Part shown: in pieces, positions 18,435-30,780 of the stretch
How positions within the stretch are numbered: the stretch's first letter is position 1
Layout of the letters: every line of letters begins with the position of its first letter
DNA from: Hormiphora californensis
Lineage: Eukaryota > Animalia > Ctenophora
Direction: 5' to 3'
Length of the DNA: 64,000 nucleotides
Assembly: GCA_020137815.1 (NCBI GenBank)
Contig: CM035352.1
Coordinates: 5,766,001-5,830,000, forward strand
Notes under the pieces: model-generated
Told to the model about the DNA's origin: nothing
What the model saw: the letters and a program-made list of their open reading frames with translations, nothing else
Databases searched by the model: none
Program-made: the position numbers and the translations under genes

Positions 18435-20472
18435 AAAGTCACATCACATGTTAACGTGTGGTGCACATACAATGTTAACGTGTGGTGCACTTCACGGCTC
18501 AAAATTGATAAATTTCACATGCGTGTGTATTTGGGGGTGACAACTTCAAAAAATCCCAGCTTCGACTGCTCTTACCGCAGATCTTTATTATGTTATCTAC
18601 AGAATTGTACATAATATTATACATACAATTTTCCTTGCACACTTTAGTGTTGCCGCCACTACTTTCTGTCTCTTATTCTCTCTTTTTTTCTCTCCCTCTT
18701 TCTCTCTCTTTCTCTCTCCCCTCTCTCTCCCAAAACAATGACAGCCCCTCACGTTAACAAGGAAGGGGTCCAGGACCGGTGTTCGTACCCCAATCACGTA
18801 ACCTCTCCATGATTTAGGATACAATTAACCTCTCTATCAATCATCATCATGCCGCATATGATATGATAATAATAGATATGTAGCAGAATGGGGTGACACA
18901 TATTGCATTATAGGGCAAAAATAGCTCACCTAGTATTATGAGAGCGGGAGATCAGTTACAAAGAGTGAAGGACTGCAGTATCACTCCTTGGCATTTCGCC
19001 AAGCCTTGGGGTAGCTTGAATAACGGGAAACCGTGTTTCCAGTATCATGCCGTGTGTTTGTGAGACGGGAGAGAATGTTGGTTAATTGAATTTTTGACCA
19101 AAGTTGAAATAAGACGACCTACATACACACTCTCTCTAAACACACTCATATTTCAGGTGGCAGTCAGAAGTTGATTGGGTTCTGTCACGACAACGTACAG
19201 CTAAACGATGAGTTGGTCCACTCTGTACGTCTTGTTAGGAGACCCCAGGATCTCACTCTTGAGATTGACGGCCGGAATATTCTTTGTAAGTGTGTGATTC
19301 ACAGAGATTCAGTCAGTAGCAGCTGCTGTAAAAGCGAATTATTCTCCCACCCTTGAAATAGCTGATTTGCAACATCACAACCAGCCGTACAACTCTTGAG
19401 AGATGAGAACAGAACGTCAGCTTGATGACACAAAACTATCTTGCGGGGTTAGACGTAGGGCGCGGTGACAGTGGTATAGAGTTGATCGCGCGCATTCACC
19501 CGCCTCCGAGCTGTGTGTTGTTGGTGACCCTGCACAAAACACTGCAGCACCCTGCACTGTGCAGGTTCCTCTATGAATGTTCTAACAGTTGCAACCCCCT
19601 CACCCCAGGTAAAACTCCCCCGGATATGAAGGGTAACTTCACTTTCACGGAGCTGCGATCAATAACAGTTGGTCACCTGCAGCCTTCTTGGGGTGCCAAC
19701 TATGGAATGACGGGGTGTATGACTAACCTAAATGTGGACGGGATAGCACCCCTTATTCTTGCTGATCTAGCTGTCAATGCAGGTATGTATTTAATTAATT
19801 AGTAACATGGTTGGGGTTTATTATGTCTCGGTTGTGAACTCTGCTTCGTTCTTACAATACACACTATCTGTTGAAGAGCCTGTACCGTTCTTACAATACA
19901 CTCTCTATAGGCGGGAGCTCTGTGTCGGCTGAGAATGTGAGGTTTGTTGAGACCTGTGGAGCTGAATACGTAGTACCAACTGAACCCCCTCTAATACCGT
20001 AAGTAACTCTGATATTGTAGTAACCAGGAACCGACCGACACAAGTAAACAACCAATCAGAACTCGTTATTTAGGTCACGTGACTGGTTATCAGCCAATCA
20101 GGGACCAGTATTTCAGTCGGTTCTTGGTAGTAACTCTAATATTCTCTGATACTCTCATTCTGGTTTCTCTCCCACTCTCATGCTGAGCATAACCCCCCTC
20201 TCCCTCTCCCCAGGTCTACAGAGAGCCCCTTCGTTCCAGAGATAGTGACTGGTAAGGTAGAGGAGGAGGGCGGCAATGGCAATGGTGATGATGACGATGG
20301 TAGTAAGAGCACAATTATCATCATCATAGTCACCATCTGCATCCTTATTATACTGGTTCTTGTTATTGGAATAGTGTGCAAGCGTTACTATAGCAACAAG
20401 GGAACCTATAGAGTAGACAATGATAGGGCTCGAGCTCCCCCTGACCAAGGAGAACAGGAGTATTTCATTTAG
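14071..20472 (+). CDS. Neurexin/CASPR-like type I membrane protein: signal peptide, sushi, one LamG/LNS domain, TM, 4.1-binding motif, PDZ ligand EYFI
   Basis: Exons approx. 14071-14119, 14369-14442, 14558-14661, 14741-14849, 15655-15764, 19157-19286, 19609-19782, 19911-19998 and 20214-20472 join in frame. LamG motifs GILVRL..DTLTIEL..G, LNDELVHSVRLVR, LEIDG, GCMTNL; TM then YYSNKGTY...EYFI*. Confidence 0.85.
15771..15829. mobile_element. Mini MULE-like MITE (family M), 59 bp, inserted at a splice donor
   Basis: 9-bp TSD ATCGTAAGT at 15762-15770 and 15830-15838. Confidence 0.85.
15973..18275 (+). CDS. Putative small coiled-coil protein gene nested on the same strand inside a neurexin-like intron
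   Basis: MTGPRVYASKADYYADMLDRLVRDLSESVEQK (15973-16068) joins in frame to KELVSALENLVTEQKKLQRRLKNV.. (16161-16264) and probably to 17066-17165, all with GT/AG ends. The 3' end (~18204-18275) is uncertain. Confidence 0.55.
20025..20126. mobile_element. ~109-bp hAT-like MITE (family A); 9 copies in the window
   Basis: TIR CAGGAACCGACCGA; 8-bp TSD GTAGTAAC here. Other copies: 30049-30157 (TSD TGAGCTAT), 38805-38900 (truncated), 46889-46997 (CTGGGATG), 52022-52130, 57075-57185, 57722-57830, 58192-58300, 59656-59739 (truncated). Confidence 0.9.
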
Positions 20473-20962
20473 TTCCCCTTATATTGTTTAGTTGAGCCGT
20501 TTTTTTTGTAATGATTGTGTTTTTCAAGAGCGTTTATTTTGTGTTTTCAGTACCCCGTTGGTTGTATATCAGTCCATGCAGCTCAGTGAGACTGTTATTT
20601 GGGTGTTTTAAAAAGACTGAAAATAATATATAACAGAGACTAGTACAAATATTTAAGTTATTTGAGAGCTCATTTTTCATCCAAATGGATATATTTCTAA
20701 ATCTGCTTTCCCAACATACAGTGTGTCGGTGTTTCAGTAGTTTAATAATGTTTTATTATTAAGTTTTAACTCCATTTGATTTTGTAGGGCGAAGCAGCCT
20801 GGTAATTTGCCCTATAACTTGAAGATTAATATATTGAGTCTAGTGGAAATGTTACTGTTAGGAATCGTTAGGCAGGGGCCGGCGAGTTAGGAACAATTTA
20901 TTGTGTCACATGAACAATGAACTTGGAAAAAGAATGGAGTGCAGCAGTTGTTGTAGGTCCTA

Positions 20963-21552
20963 CAGGGTGTTCATTTTGGATCTTTACAAGCGTTGGGCTT
21001 CACCCAGAAAAAAGTTGACAAGATTAGGTCATGAAACATTCAAGGTTCCTGGGGGTTTTGGAGCTCTAGCACCCCGGGAAGTGTGTTTTTGGCATCAAAA
21101 CTACCAGAAGGAATTTTTTGCTGGTGCTGAGACTTTGCTAAAATGTTTTTTGGGTATTTTCTATGTCAATCCCAAAATTTCATAGAGATTGGATGTGTTT
21201 TTCAGACTCAAAATTTCGTAAAAAGTGGCTAGAAAGACTCAATTTTAGCCGTTTTTGAGCTGTTTTCGAGCCTTTCCAGCCACTTTTATCGAAATTCTAT
21301 CTCTATGAAACTTTAGGATTGACATAGAAAATACCCAAAAAACATTTTAGCAAAGTCTCAGCACCAGCAAAAAATTCCTTCTGGCAGTTTTGATGCCAAA
21401 AACACACTTCCCGGGGTGCTAGAGCTCCAAAACCCCCAGGAACCTTGAATGAGGGTATAGAATAGTCCAAGTATGAAGTTTCATGACCTGATCTTGTCAA
21501 CTTTTTTCTGGGTGAAGGCAAACGCTTGTAAAGATCCAAAATGAACACCCAG
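20963..21552. mobile_element. Tc1/mariner-type foldback MITE (~590 bp)
   Basis: TA|CAGGGTGTTCATTTTGG ... CCAAAATGAACACCCAG|TA; almost wholly palindromic. Confidence 0.85.
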
Positions 21553-21640
21553 TATATTCTGTTGTAAATATGTGTATTGTGTGAATTCCACCATTTTATA
21601 GAAACTTACATCCGTATACTTATTTATCTACAAGTACAAC

Positions 21641-21681
21641 TTGTTGAGTAAGGGGGAACACCCTTCCCCCTTACTCAACAA
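21641..21681. mobile_element. 41-bp hairpin insert (18-bp arms) with 8-bp TSD
   Basis: AGTACAAC on the left; the right TSD is split as AGTA[1.2-kb MITE]TACAAC. Confidence 0.65.
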
Positions 21682-21685
21682 AGTA

Positions 21686-22887
21686 CAGGGTGTCCCACTG
21701 TCTTTGCATCACCTGTGATTTTGGGTCATGACCGGGCTCCATTAAACTAACCAAAACTCATCGAAAAATTGGTCAAAATGGTTCTAACAAAAACCAGTGT
21801 TCTAGAGAATTGTCTGGCGAACATTTTGGTGGCAAGATTGACGTTCCAAGTCTTACCAATCGTCAGATATATCGTCGTAAAGTCAAAAGTACGTGTTCAT
21901 GAAATCCGACCGGGATTCACGTTTTGAAAAATTCACAAGTGCAAAGTTGCTCGGATCACATTGCATCCCTCATAAGAGTTGTAGGAAATTGTCTGGCGGT
22001 CATTTTGGTACCCGGGTTTTTGTCCTAGCTCAATGTTTAGAGTGTCTTATGACTGTCAGAACTGGAATTTTTCCAAAAGTGGTCTCAGGTATCGTATTGC
22101 ATTTTGCCCTGTTATGAAGCTCATTGCTGCTTGAATAACATGTTAGTGCATGATAGGGTTGAGATAGACCACGTGCGTATCCTACACATTAACAGGGGCC
22201 TTGCCAAATCGTCATAACAACCCTGTCAAGTGTCTAGATGAAATTGAGACGATATGTGCTGATTATCATGGGATTACACACGACACCGAGCCACCTAATT
22301 AGGGGTTGTGAGCCGATACCAACTAAGACTCAGCATAGAACAATTTTCATGTTCCTACAGTCATAACGCAACTAAAACATAGAGCTATGGAAAAAATCAT
22401 GGTATCAAAATGAACCTTAGACGATTCCAATGAAGCTATTGTAAATTTAAAATCATTTTACCCATTTGTTGATGACACGTGATCCCCTCAAAAATGCTGG
22501 TTGAATTTCGTCTTTAGACAGTCATAAGACACTCTAAACATTGAGCTAGGACAAAAACCCGGGTACCAAAATGACCGCCAGACAATTTCCTACAACTCTT
22601 ATGTGGGATGCAATGTGATCCGAGCAACTTTGCATTTGTGAATTTTTCAAAACGTGAACCCCGGTCGGATTTCATGAACACGTACTTTTGACTTTACGAC
22701 GATATATCTGACGATTGGTAAGACTTGGAACGTCAATCTTGCCACCAAAATGTTCGCCAGACAATTCTCTAGAACACTGGTTTTTGTTAGAACCATTTTA
22801 CCAATTTTTCGATGAGTTTTGGTTAGTTTAATGGAGCCCGGTCATGACCCAAAATCACAGGTGATGCAAAGACAGTGGGACACCCTG
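21686..22887. mobile_element. Tc1/mariner-type non-autonomous element, ~370-bp TIRs
   Basis: TA|CAGGGTGTCCCACTGTC ... GACAGTGGGACACCCTG|TA; near-identical long TIRs, no transposase ORF. Confidence 0.9.
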
Positions 22888-23528
22888 TACAACAACTACT
22901 TATATTACAGCAATTCAAATTCATAATAACAACATTATATAGGCAGTCTAATGTGCTAATGTATTTGGTAGTACCAATGTTACTGTCAGGCCTATCATCT
23001 GACAGAATCAGATTTAGTGACTGGTCATGGCTGTGTGTCAATATCTCATGACCAATGGCGTCATGATACGAACTACGAAGGAGGAAGCTTCTCGTAGTTA
23101 AGGTTGCTGTTGTAACGCGCCAATAACCTATTTGAGCGGTGCTTATCAATGCCGCGCAACGCGCGAACAGTTTAAATAATAAAAACGAATTAAAAAAAAT
23201 TCAGTGCAGTGTTCGCGTTTTGAAATTTTAAATCTGCAAAATTAAAAATTTAAATATCCGATATCGGTAAATACTGAAACGGGGAACGCCCGTTCATGGC
23301 CCACAACACCCAGGGCGGGGAATGAAGATACGTTGCCGGGCGCCGTTACGATATGGGCGTTTGGAGGCCTGTTTATAGGTGTCCATTGCCAAAAAGTGCC
23401 CTGCACTAAAACGGCTCTACGGTCTACCAGCCAAACCACTCAACCGTTTTGGCTAATCCAAAGTTTATCTGATATGAATTATCAAGTCCTAACCCCAACC
23501 CAAACCCCAGCCACAACCCTAACCTTAA

Positions 23529-23997
23529 AGTGAGAGTGGACCGAATCAGAATTGGACAATTTTGTTGTAGGTAGTAGAGATTAGCTTTCTGAGCATTTTG
23601 CGTTTTTGCCGCTCAAAATCGACCTACCCATCACTGAGATATTTTTGTTATGTTGGGAGAATTCCTGCTGGATCAGTATTTATCAAACAGGATAGAAACA
23701 ATCCTTGTGTTTTACTAACACATTCTTTAAATTTTTGATATGCTGGCTTGCATTGCCCTGCTTCTGTGCATGGACATGTCAACCTCACTGCTTATATTCA
23801 GAATGTGTTAATAAAACGCCATGATTGTTTCTATTCTGTTTTATACATACTGATTAAACAGGAGTTCTCCCAACATAACAAAAATATCTCAGTGATGGGT
23901 GGGTCGATTTTGAGCGGCAAAAACGCAAAATGCTCAGAAAGCTAATCTCTACTACCTACAACAAACTTGTCCAATTCTGATTCGGTCCACTCTCACT
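23529..23997. mobile_element. TTAA-flanked foldback MITE (Kolobok-like termini AG..CT) nested in the CCCTAA-containing element
   Basis: TTAA|AGTGAGAGTGGACCG ... CGGTCCACTCTCACT|TTAA. Confidence 0.85.
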
Positions 23998-24327
23998 TTA
24001 AGCCCTAAACCTAAAAAACAATGAGTGCTGACAATCCAAACACCCAGATTTTAACGTTGGCCTACGGTAGTTGCCCTCCTAATGTTTTTCAGAACACGTT
24101 TTTTTAGAAATACGCCAAAAAGACGTTTTAAGCTTTTGTTTCAACATAGACAAACGTTTATTCGGACTGGGCTTTCGCCCATGTGTCCAATCCTGTTGCC
24201 CGGCGCCCCTGTACCGCCCCTGCCCTTGAACTTTGTGAAGACTCTTCAGATCGATAGAAGTTACCGGGATTGAAAACATTTAGTTTTAGTATGCTAAAGC
24301 TAACTTCTCAACTATTTCCAAGACTGT

Positions 24328-25941
24328 ATGTCTCAAGATGTCTCAGAGGCAGTTTCCAGTCATGTATTCCGCCGGAGCAGAGCCCCCGCACGGTGTAGAA
24401 CCTGTGACACATATGTCTATCTAAAAGGAAGGGAGTGCCAGAAATGTGGCCTTGTTTGCCACCGAAAGTGCCTAAAAAGCCTCGCTATTATTTGTGCTGG
24501 GAGACCCATGCCTCGAAAGGTAGCACTTAGCAATTCTTGAGCGTGATACTATAAAGTATAAGTAAAGCTGATAGTAGAAGCACACATAATGTCAATACTC
24601 AGTATAGTATTTCTAATTAGCTGTCAGCTACACATTCTATAATGAAGCAATTCAAAACTCTATTTTCTCTCCAGGTTGCAACATTCGGAGTTGATTTCTC
24701 AGTGCACTTGTGTGCTACTCACTGCTCTATTCCACATGTCGTTGTGAAATGTGTGAACTACATTGAGGAGCACGGCATGCAGACCAAGGTTAGTGTACAG
24801 GAATATGGCTATATAGGGGCATATATATGTCTCCATACCTGATATTTAGGTTACTTTACTGCATTATATTATCAAGTAATAAATCTCACTTATTTTCAGG
24901 GAATTTATCGTGTGGCGGGTGCAAAGAGCAAAATGCAGAGTCTCTGTAGGAGTTTTGAGAATGGTTTGAACCTCGTTGATCTGACTGAGAAATCACCCCA
25001 TCTCGTATCATCGGTTTTAAAGCTTTACCTCAGACAGGTAGTTCTTCGATAGATTCCATTCTTTCCTAATTATTATGTCAGTAAGAAGTAATCTTTGTGG
25101 TTCTTTTCTCTTTTCAAGTTTTAACCCCCTCCCTTCCTCTCCCCCATTTTAGCTGCCGGAGCCGTTGCTAATGCACTCTAAACTACGCAGAATTAATAGA
25201 GGTAGCATTGCGTCATCAGGAATCCCCTGACAAGAAGGTTGAGCATCTTCAGGATATTAGGAAAGTGCTGCTCCTCCTTCCCAAGGCTAACCGTTACACA
25301 CTTCGGTTCATTATCGAGCATCTAAACAGGGTCGCCAAAAACGAGGTAATGAATCTACTTAGGACACTGAAACTCACCAGACATTACTATTTATGGTTTA
25401 ACCATTTAACTTGTGCTGTTGCACCGACCCCGCGCCCAAATAAAATAAAAAATAATTGTATGAACAATACAACATTAAACCTATAGCGTTATTTTCTAGA
25501 CAACTAAAGATCGGCACACAGGATTTTCTACTTTTTCATGATTATGATTATCTCCACATAAATTATTGCGTAGCTAGACTGTGTTTCGCATGCCCCGCCC
25601 GCGAAACACAACCCTCCTTTACAAATGTAAAGGAGGTTTCCGGTTTAGATCATAACAAATAAATTACCCTGCAGGCCCAGAACCAGATGAGCTCAATGAA
25701 CCTGGGGATAGTGTTTGGACCTACTCTTGTGAAACCAATGCACGAACACTCCTCTGCCAGTATTGTTCATATTAACCACCACAGCCTAATTACCCAATTA
25801 ATGATTGATCACCCAGAGATATTTATGGTAAGTGTTTTAAACTTCCTTTCTCTATTTTATTATGGTGTGTGATTTGCCGTGATCCCTTCATTTTATATTC
25901 GTTACTAAGAAATGCACTATAAAACACACCCGCTACGTTCA

Positions 25942-25982
<41 letters not shown>

Positions 25983-25997
25983 TCTCTTTTTTCTCCT

Positions 25998-26037
<40 letters not shown>

Positions 26038-26067
26038 CTTCTCTCTCTCATCTCTCTCTCCTCTCTC

Positions 26068-26120
<53 letters not shown>

Positions 26121-26133
26121 TCCTCTCTCTTTC

Positions 26134-26231
<98 letters not shown>

Positions 26232-29200
26232 AAACTCACATGTGCCATATTATTCCTTATTCAACAACCCATTAGGTTGAGGAGGAAGAGACAGAGTACA
26301 GTCAACTGTGTATAAATCCTAAAGTTACTAGCATGTCCGATGTCCTACCTATCAGTACCCGAACCAGCATCAAACTTCTCGCCTCGTCTGATCACTACTT
26401 TGAATACGTTCGGAGGAGGAAAAGTAGCAGAATGAGCATTAAAACACACTCTGAACCTAACGTACTGGAGGTACTGCTTAGTAGATAGTTTTGTTTTTCT
26501 ATTTGTGTTTGTTCACGGCACACGCCCCACACAATTAATAAGGTTCAGGTTGTTCCCCCTTTGATCTGACTAAGGTGTGGACCATGTCTTACTTTACTTT
26601 TCTGATTATATTAACTTTGTCTAACTCATCTCTCCACTCTTCCTCTCCAACCAACCAACTCCCTCTCTCTCCCCAGCCGACGTGTAGTACCCGACTAGTA
26701 CCTCCACCCTTCCCGGGGGAAGGCAGTCAGTATGTGAATGAGGAAGACACCCATACACGAATTATCAGGGCCTTTAGTGAACCGAGCAAGTGTAACAGTA
26801 GCTTCGGCAGCCAGGTAATGAGAGATGTTGTGTCACCACTAATATTGGCAATTGTTTTGCAACTGTACATGATCACATATCTCATCTTGGAGTTTCTCTC
26901 CCCTCAAATCTCTATCTAATCATCTCCCTATTGCCAGGAGTTTCTCTCTACCCGCAGTGATCTGAGCAACATATCCAGTGAACTCAGCTCTACAGATAAC
27001 CTACTGGACTCAACAGATGAAACGAGTTTCTTCGATACAGACGAGGTATGTTTTAAAATCTCCCCGCAATCAAGACGAGATATTTTAAACTCTCTCAATT
27101 CAAGATTCACAAAACTATTTGGGGAATGAAAGCTGTCAAAATTGTAATCCACCACCCACTAAGAATCCAAACTCTGCTGCCAAGACCACCCTCTAAGTAT
27201 TATCTATTATGTTTTTGTGACCCCTCCCTAACAGCACACCCCACCTTGTATTGTTCATGACATGTTGGTGTAGTAACCCCCATCCTGAATGATATTGTTC
27301 ATTATTAATTTAGAGCAAAAACTAATTGAAATTAGTTCGCCAGAAAGGTGGCCCATTTTGAACTTACTCCTTCATTTCCGTCACCTTTGAGTTGAGGCTC
27401 CAAAGACATTGAGGTATCCGTAAACTTTTCCGCCTTCAACTCAAAGGTGACGGAAATGAAGGAGTAAGTTCAAAATGGGCCACCTTTCTGGCGAACTAAT
27501 TTCAATTAGTTTTTGCTCTAAATTTGTACTCTTTTTTTGTTGGTCGTTTGAGGTCATTTATGACCTCAAACAACTAAGATAATTGTCAACTAAAGTGTTC
27601 AAATGTAATTCAAATGTATCCTGGGATGTAGGAAGCTGATTTGACGAAATTTTCAAAATTCAACGTCGTTTTGACGTCGTGACGTCACATGTGACGTCAC
27701 GACGACGTAAAAACTAAAAAGTTATGACAGACTATTTAGCCGATGAAGCACTAAACGTGTGAAAAGTTTTAAAGGCAGCAGTAGTCAAGAACTGAAGTTA
27801 TTGCACGAAATGTGAGTTTTTGTGTAGATTTTCACATCAAATTTTTGAGTTCCGACGCGTTTTAAGGTCTAAAAATGACAAGTTAGAGAAAATCACTATA
27901 TAGTATCTGAAAGTTCAGACAATTTGCCTCTAACGATTTTCAGTCAAATCAGGAATCAGAATACGTCTTGAGGGTGTTAGGGGCGTTTGAAAATATTTGG
28001 TCTGAGAATTTTCAATGACGTCACTTTGTGACGTCATTACGGTCGTCATAGAGGACATTTTCACTCGAAACCTTAACTAATGCATGCCCCGAACGATTTG
28101 CTAACGGATAAAACTTGGTTCAAGTCTCCAGCTGGTATGGATCAGGCTACAAGTGTTACACAGTGAAGCGTCTATAGCTATATATCTATCTATATATCTA
28201 TCTATATATCTATTTAGAGCAAAAACTAATTGAAATTAGTTCGCCAGAAAGGTGGCCCATTTTGAACTTACTCCTTCATTTCCGTCACCTTTGAGTTAAG
28301 GCTTCAAAGACATTGAGGTATCCGTAAACTTTTCCGCCTTTAACTCAAAGGTGACGGAAATGAAGGAGTAAGTTCAAAATGGGCCACCTTTCTGGCGAAC
28401 TAATTTCAATTAGTTTTTGCTCTAAATTTGTACTCTTTTTTTTGGTCGTTTGAGGTCATTTATGACCTCAAACAACTAAGCTAATTGTCAACTAAAGTGT
28501 TGAAATGTAATTCAAATGTATCCTGGGTTGTAAGAAACTGATTTGACGAAATTTTCAAAATTCGACGTCGTTTTGACGTCGTGACGTCACATGTGACGTC
28601 ACGACGACGTAAATATTATGACAGACTATTCGGCCAATGAAGCACTAAACGTGTGAAAAGTTTTAAAGGCCATGGTAGTCAAGAACTGAAGTTATCGCAC
28701 GAAATGTGAGTTTTTATGTGGATTTTCACATCAAATTTTTGAGTTCCGACGCGTTTTAAATTCTAAAAATGACAAGTTAGAGAAAATCGCGATATAGTAT
28801 CTGAAAGTTCAGACAATTTGCCACTAACGATTTTCCGTCAAATCATGAATCAGAATACGTCTTAATGGTGTTAGAGGCGTTTCACAATGTTTGGTCTGAG
28901 ATTTTTCAATGACGTCGCTTTGTGACGTCATTACGGTCGTCATAGTGGAATTTTCACTTGAAACCTTAACTAATGCATGCCCCGGACGATTTCCTAACGG
29001 ATAAAACTTGGTTCAAGTCTCTAGCTAGTATGGTTCGGGCTACAAGTGTTACACAGTGAAGCGTCTATATATATCTATATATCTATATATCTATATATCT
29101 ATATATCTATATATCTATATATATACCTATCGCCACACTGAATTTTCTGTTTTGGGGGTGGTGTCATAACTTGCGACCTGAATGAGTTAGCTACTTGAAA

Positions 29201-30307
29201 TTTTTACCGTCAGTAGAGGTCTATGTGAAGCTTCTTAGTACCAAATTTCAGCCTCTTAGCTCATCTGGTTCCGGAGTTAGGAGGGGTCGAAAAGTGCCAA
29301 AATGGGCTAAAACTTTAAAATTGTTATATCTACGCTGTTGGCAAGCGGGCCCACTTTTTCGGGAAAAGTTTTAGGGGGGAGGGGATGGGGCCACCTTTGC
29401 GCTTGCCAGCGCAGTGATCTATCGCCACACTGAATTTTCTGTTTTGGGGGTGGTGTCATAACTTGCGACCGGAATGAGCTAGCAACTTCAAATTTTTACC
29501 GTCAGTAGAGGTCTATGTGAAGCTTCTTGGCACCAAATTTAAGCCTCCTAGCTCATCTGGTTCCGGAGTTAGGAGGGGTCGAAAAGTGCCAAAATGGGCT
29601 AAAACTTCAAAATTGTTATATCTACGCTGTTGGCAAGCGGGCCCACTTTTTCGGGAAAAGTTTTTGGGGGGATGGGATGGGGCCACCTTTGCGCTTGCCA
29701 GCGCAGTGATACCACCCCCCCATATACAGGATGAGACGTGCCTCTCTCATTGTTAATACCCACATACAGGATGAGACATGCCTCTCTCATTGTTAATACC
29801 CCCATATACAGGATGAGACATGCCTCTCTCATTGTTAATACCCCCATACAGGATGAGACATGCCTCCAGGAGTATGTGGCACAGCAACTAAAGGGTGTCC
29901 CTGCTAGACTCCAAATCCTCAGAAAGTGCTCCCTTAGTACCAGTGATAGTGACGATGGTGCCGTGTTAAATGTGAAATATGTACAGAGCTCCCAGGTACT
30001 TGAATTTCTAATTATTTGTTTGTCACAATATCTTCTAATCTGAGCTATCAGGAACTGACCGAATCAGGAAATACTGGTCCCTGATTGGCTGATAACCAGT
30101 CACGTGACCTAAATAACGAGTTCTGATTGGTTGTTTACATGTGTCGGTCGGTTCCTGTGAGCTATGAACATGACATCTGTGTTTCAGAGCGAGGTCAGTA
30201 GTGATCCCTTTGTTCCAGCGTGTCGGGCCCGTCTAGTGAACCTGGGGATAAACAACTCGATAGTACGACCCAGACTTTCACTCAGCACCGAACCAGCCAT
30301 GCCCTAA
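24328..30307 (+). CDS. C1 + RhoGAP protein, ARHGAP45(HMHA1)/ARHGAP29/GMIP family
   Basis: C1 HVFRRSRAPARCRTC..C..C...CH..C; FGVDF, IPHVVVKC, GIYRVAG (arginine finger), LKLYLRQLPEPLL, NQMSSMNLGIVFGPTL. About 10 exons ending PAMP* at 30307; one +1 homopolymer frameshift near 25181. Confidence 0.9.
27307..29710. mobile_element. Helentron/DINE-like non-autonomous element with internal tandem duplications (2 x ~905 bp + 2 x ~290 bp)
   Basis: Subterminal inverted repeat AAAGGTGGCCC (27344) / GGGCCACCTTT (29680), 3' stem-loop TGCGCT-TGCC-AGCGCA, long 5' hairpin, internal (TATATC)n. Confidence 0.7.
29709..29866 (+). repeat. 40-42-bp tandem repeat x4 of a RhoGAP splice acceptor plus exon start
   Basis: ..ATACAG|GATGAGACATGCCTC repeated, with AGs ending at 29729, 29769, 29811 and 29851. 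Confidence 0.9.
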
Positions 30308-30780
30308 TATACCCTTCACCCCCTCCCCCACCCGCTTTATTTTTGTATATTTTCTGTTTGCTGACTTCATTCAACCTCCAGACTATTATTATTATTCTAG
30401 TATGCTATTATTATTATTCCGTGACGGCCAGGGATCCCCGACACCTAGATAATGCGTGTAAGATGTATAAAATATCAACCCCCAGTGTGTATATTGTGTA
30501 TGTATATCTCCGCTATTCGGCAGTATTTTCTGTATAACCTTGTTGTAGCAATGTTGATATATCCGGTGCAGTTAACCACCCCGCAACCAAGCAATATATC
30601 CAATTTGAATGTATGTGGTTTAGTTTTCCAGTTAGTTCCCTTGACATCCACTTTGCGTAGGGCGCGGTAACTCCTAGATGGGTCACCCCGCGCGGCTCCC
30701 CGCGCTGTCCCTTTGTAGAACTCACTCCTTGTCAGCGCAGGATTAATCTACCTCTAACCTCCCTCCCTCTAGTCAGCGCT

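Noticed and set aside
20025-20126. MITE family A as an introner (intron-generating element)
   Set aside because: Copies lie inside pre-existing introns; element ends do not define both splice sites.
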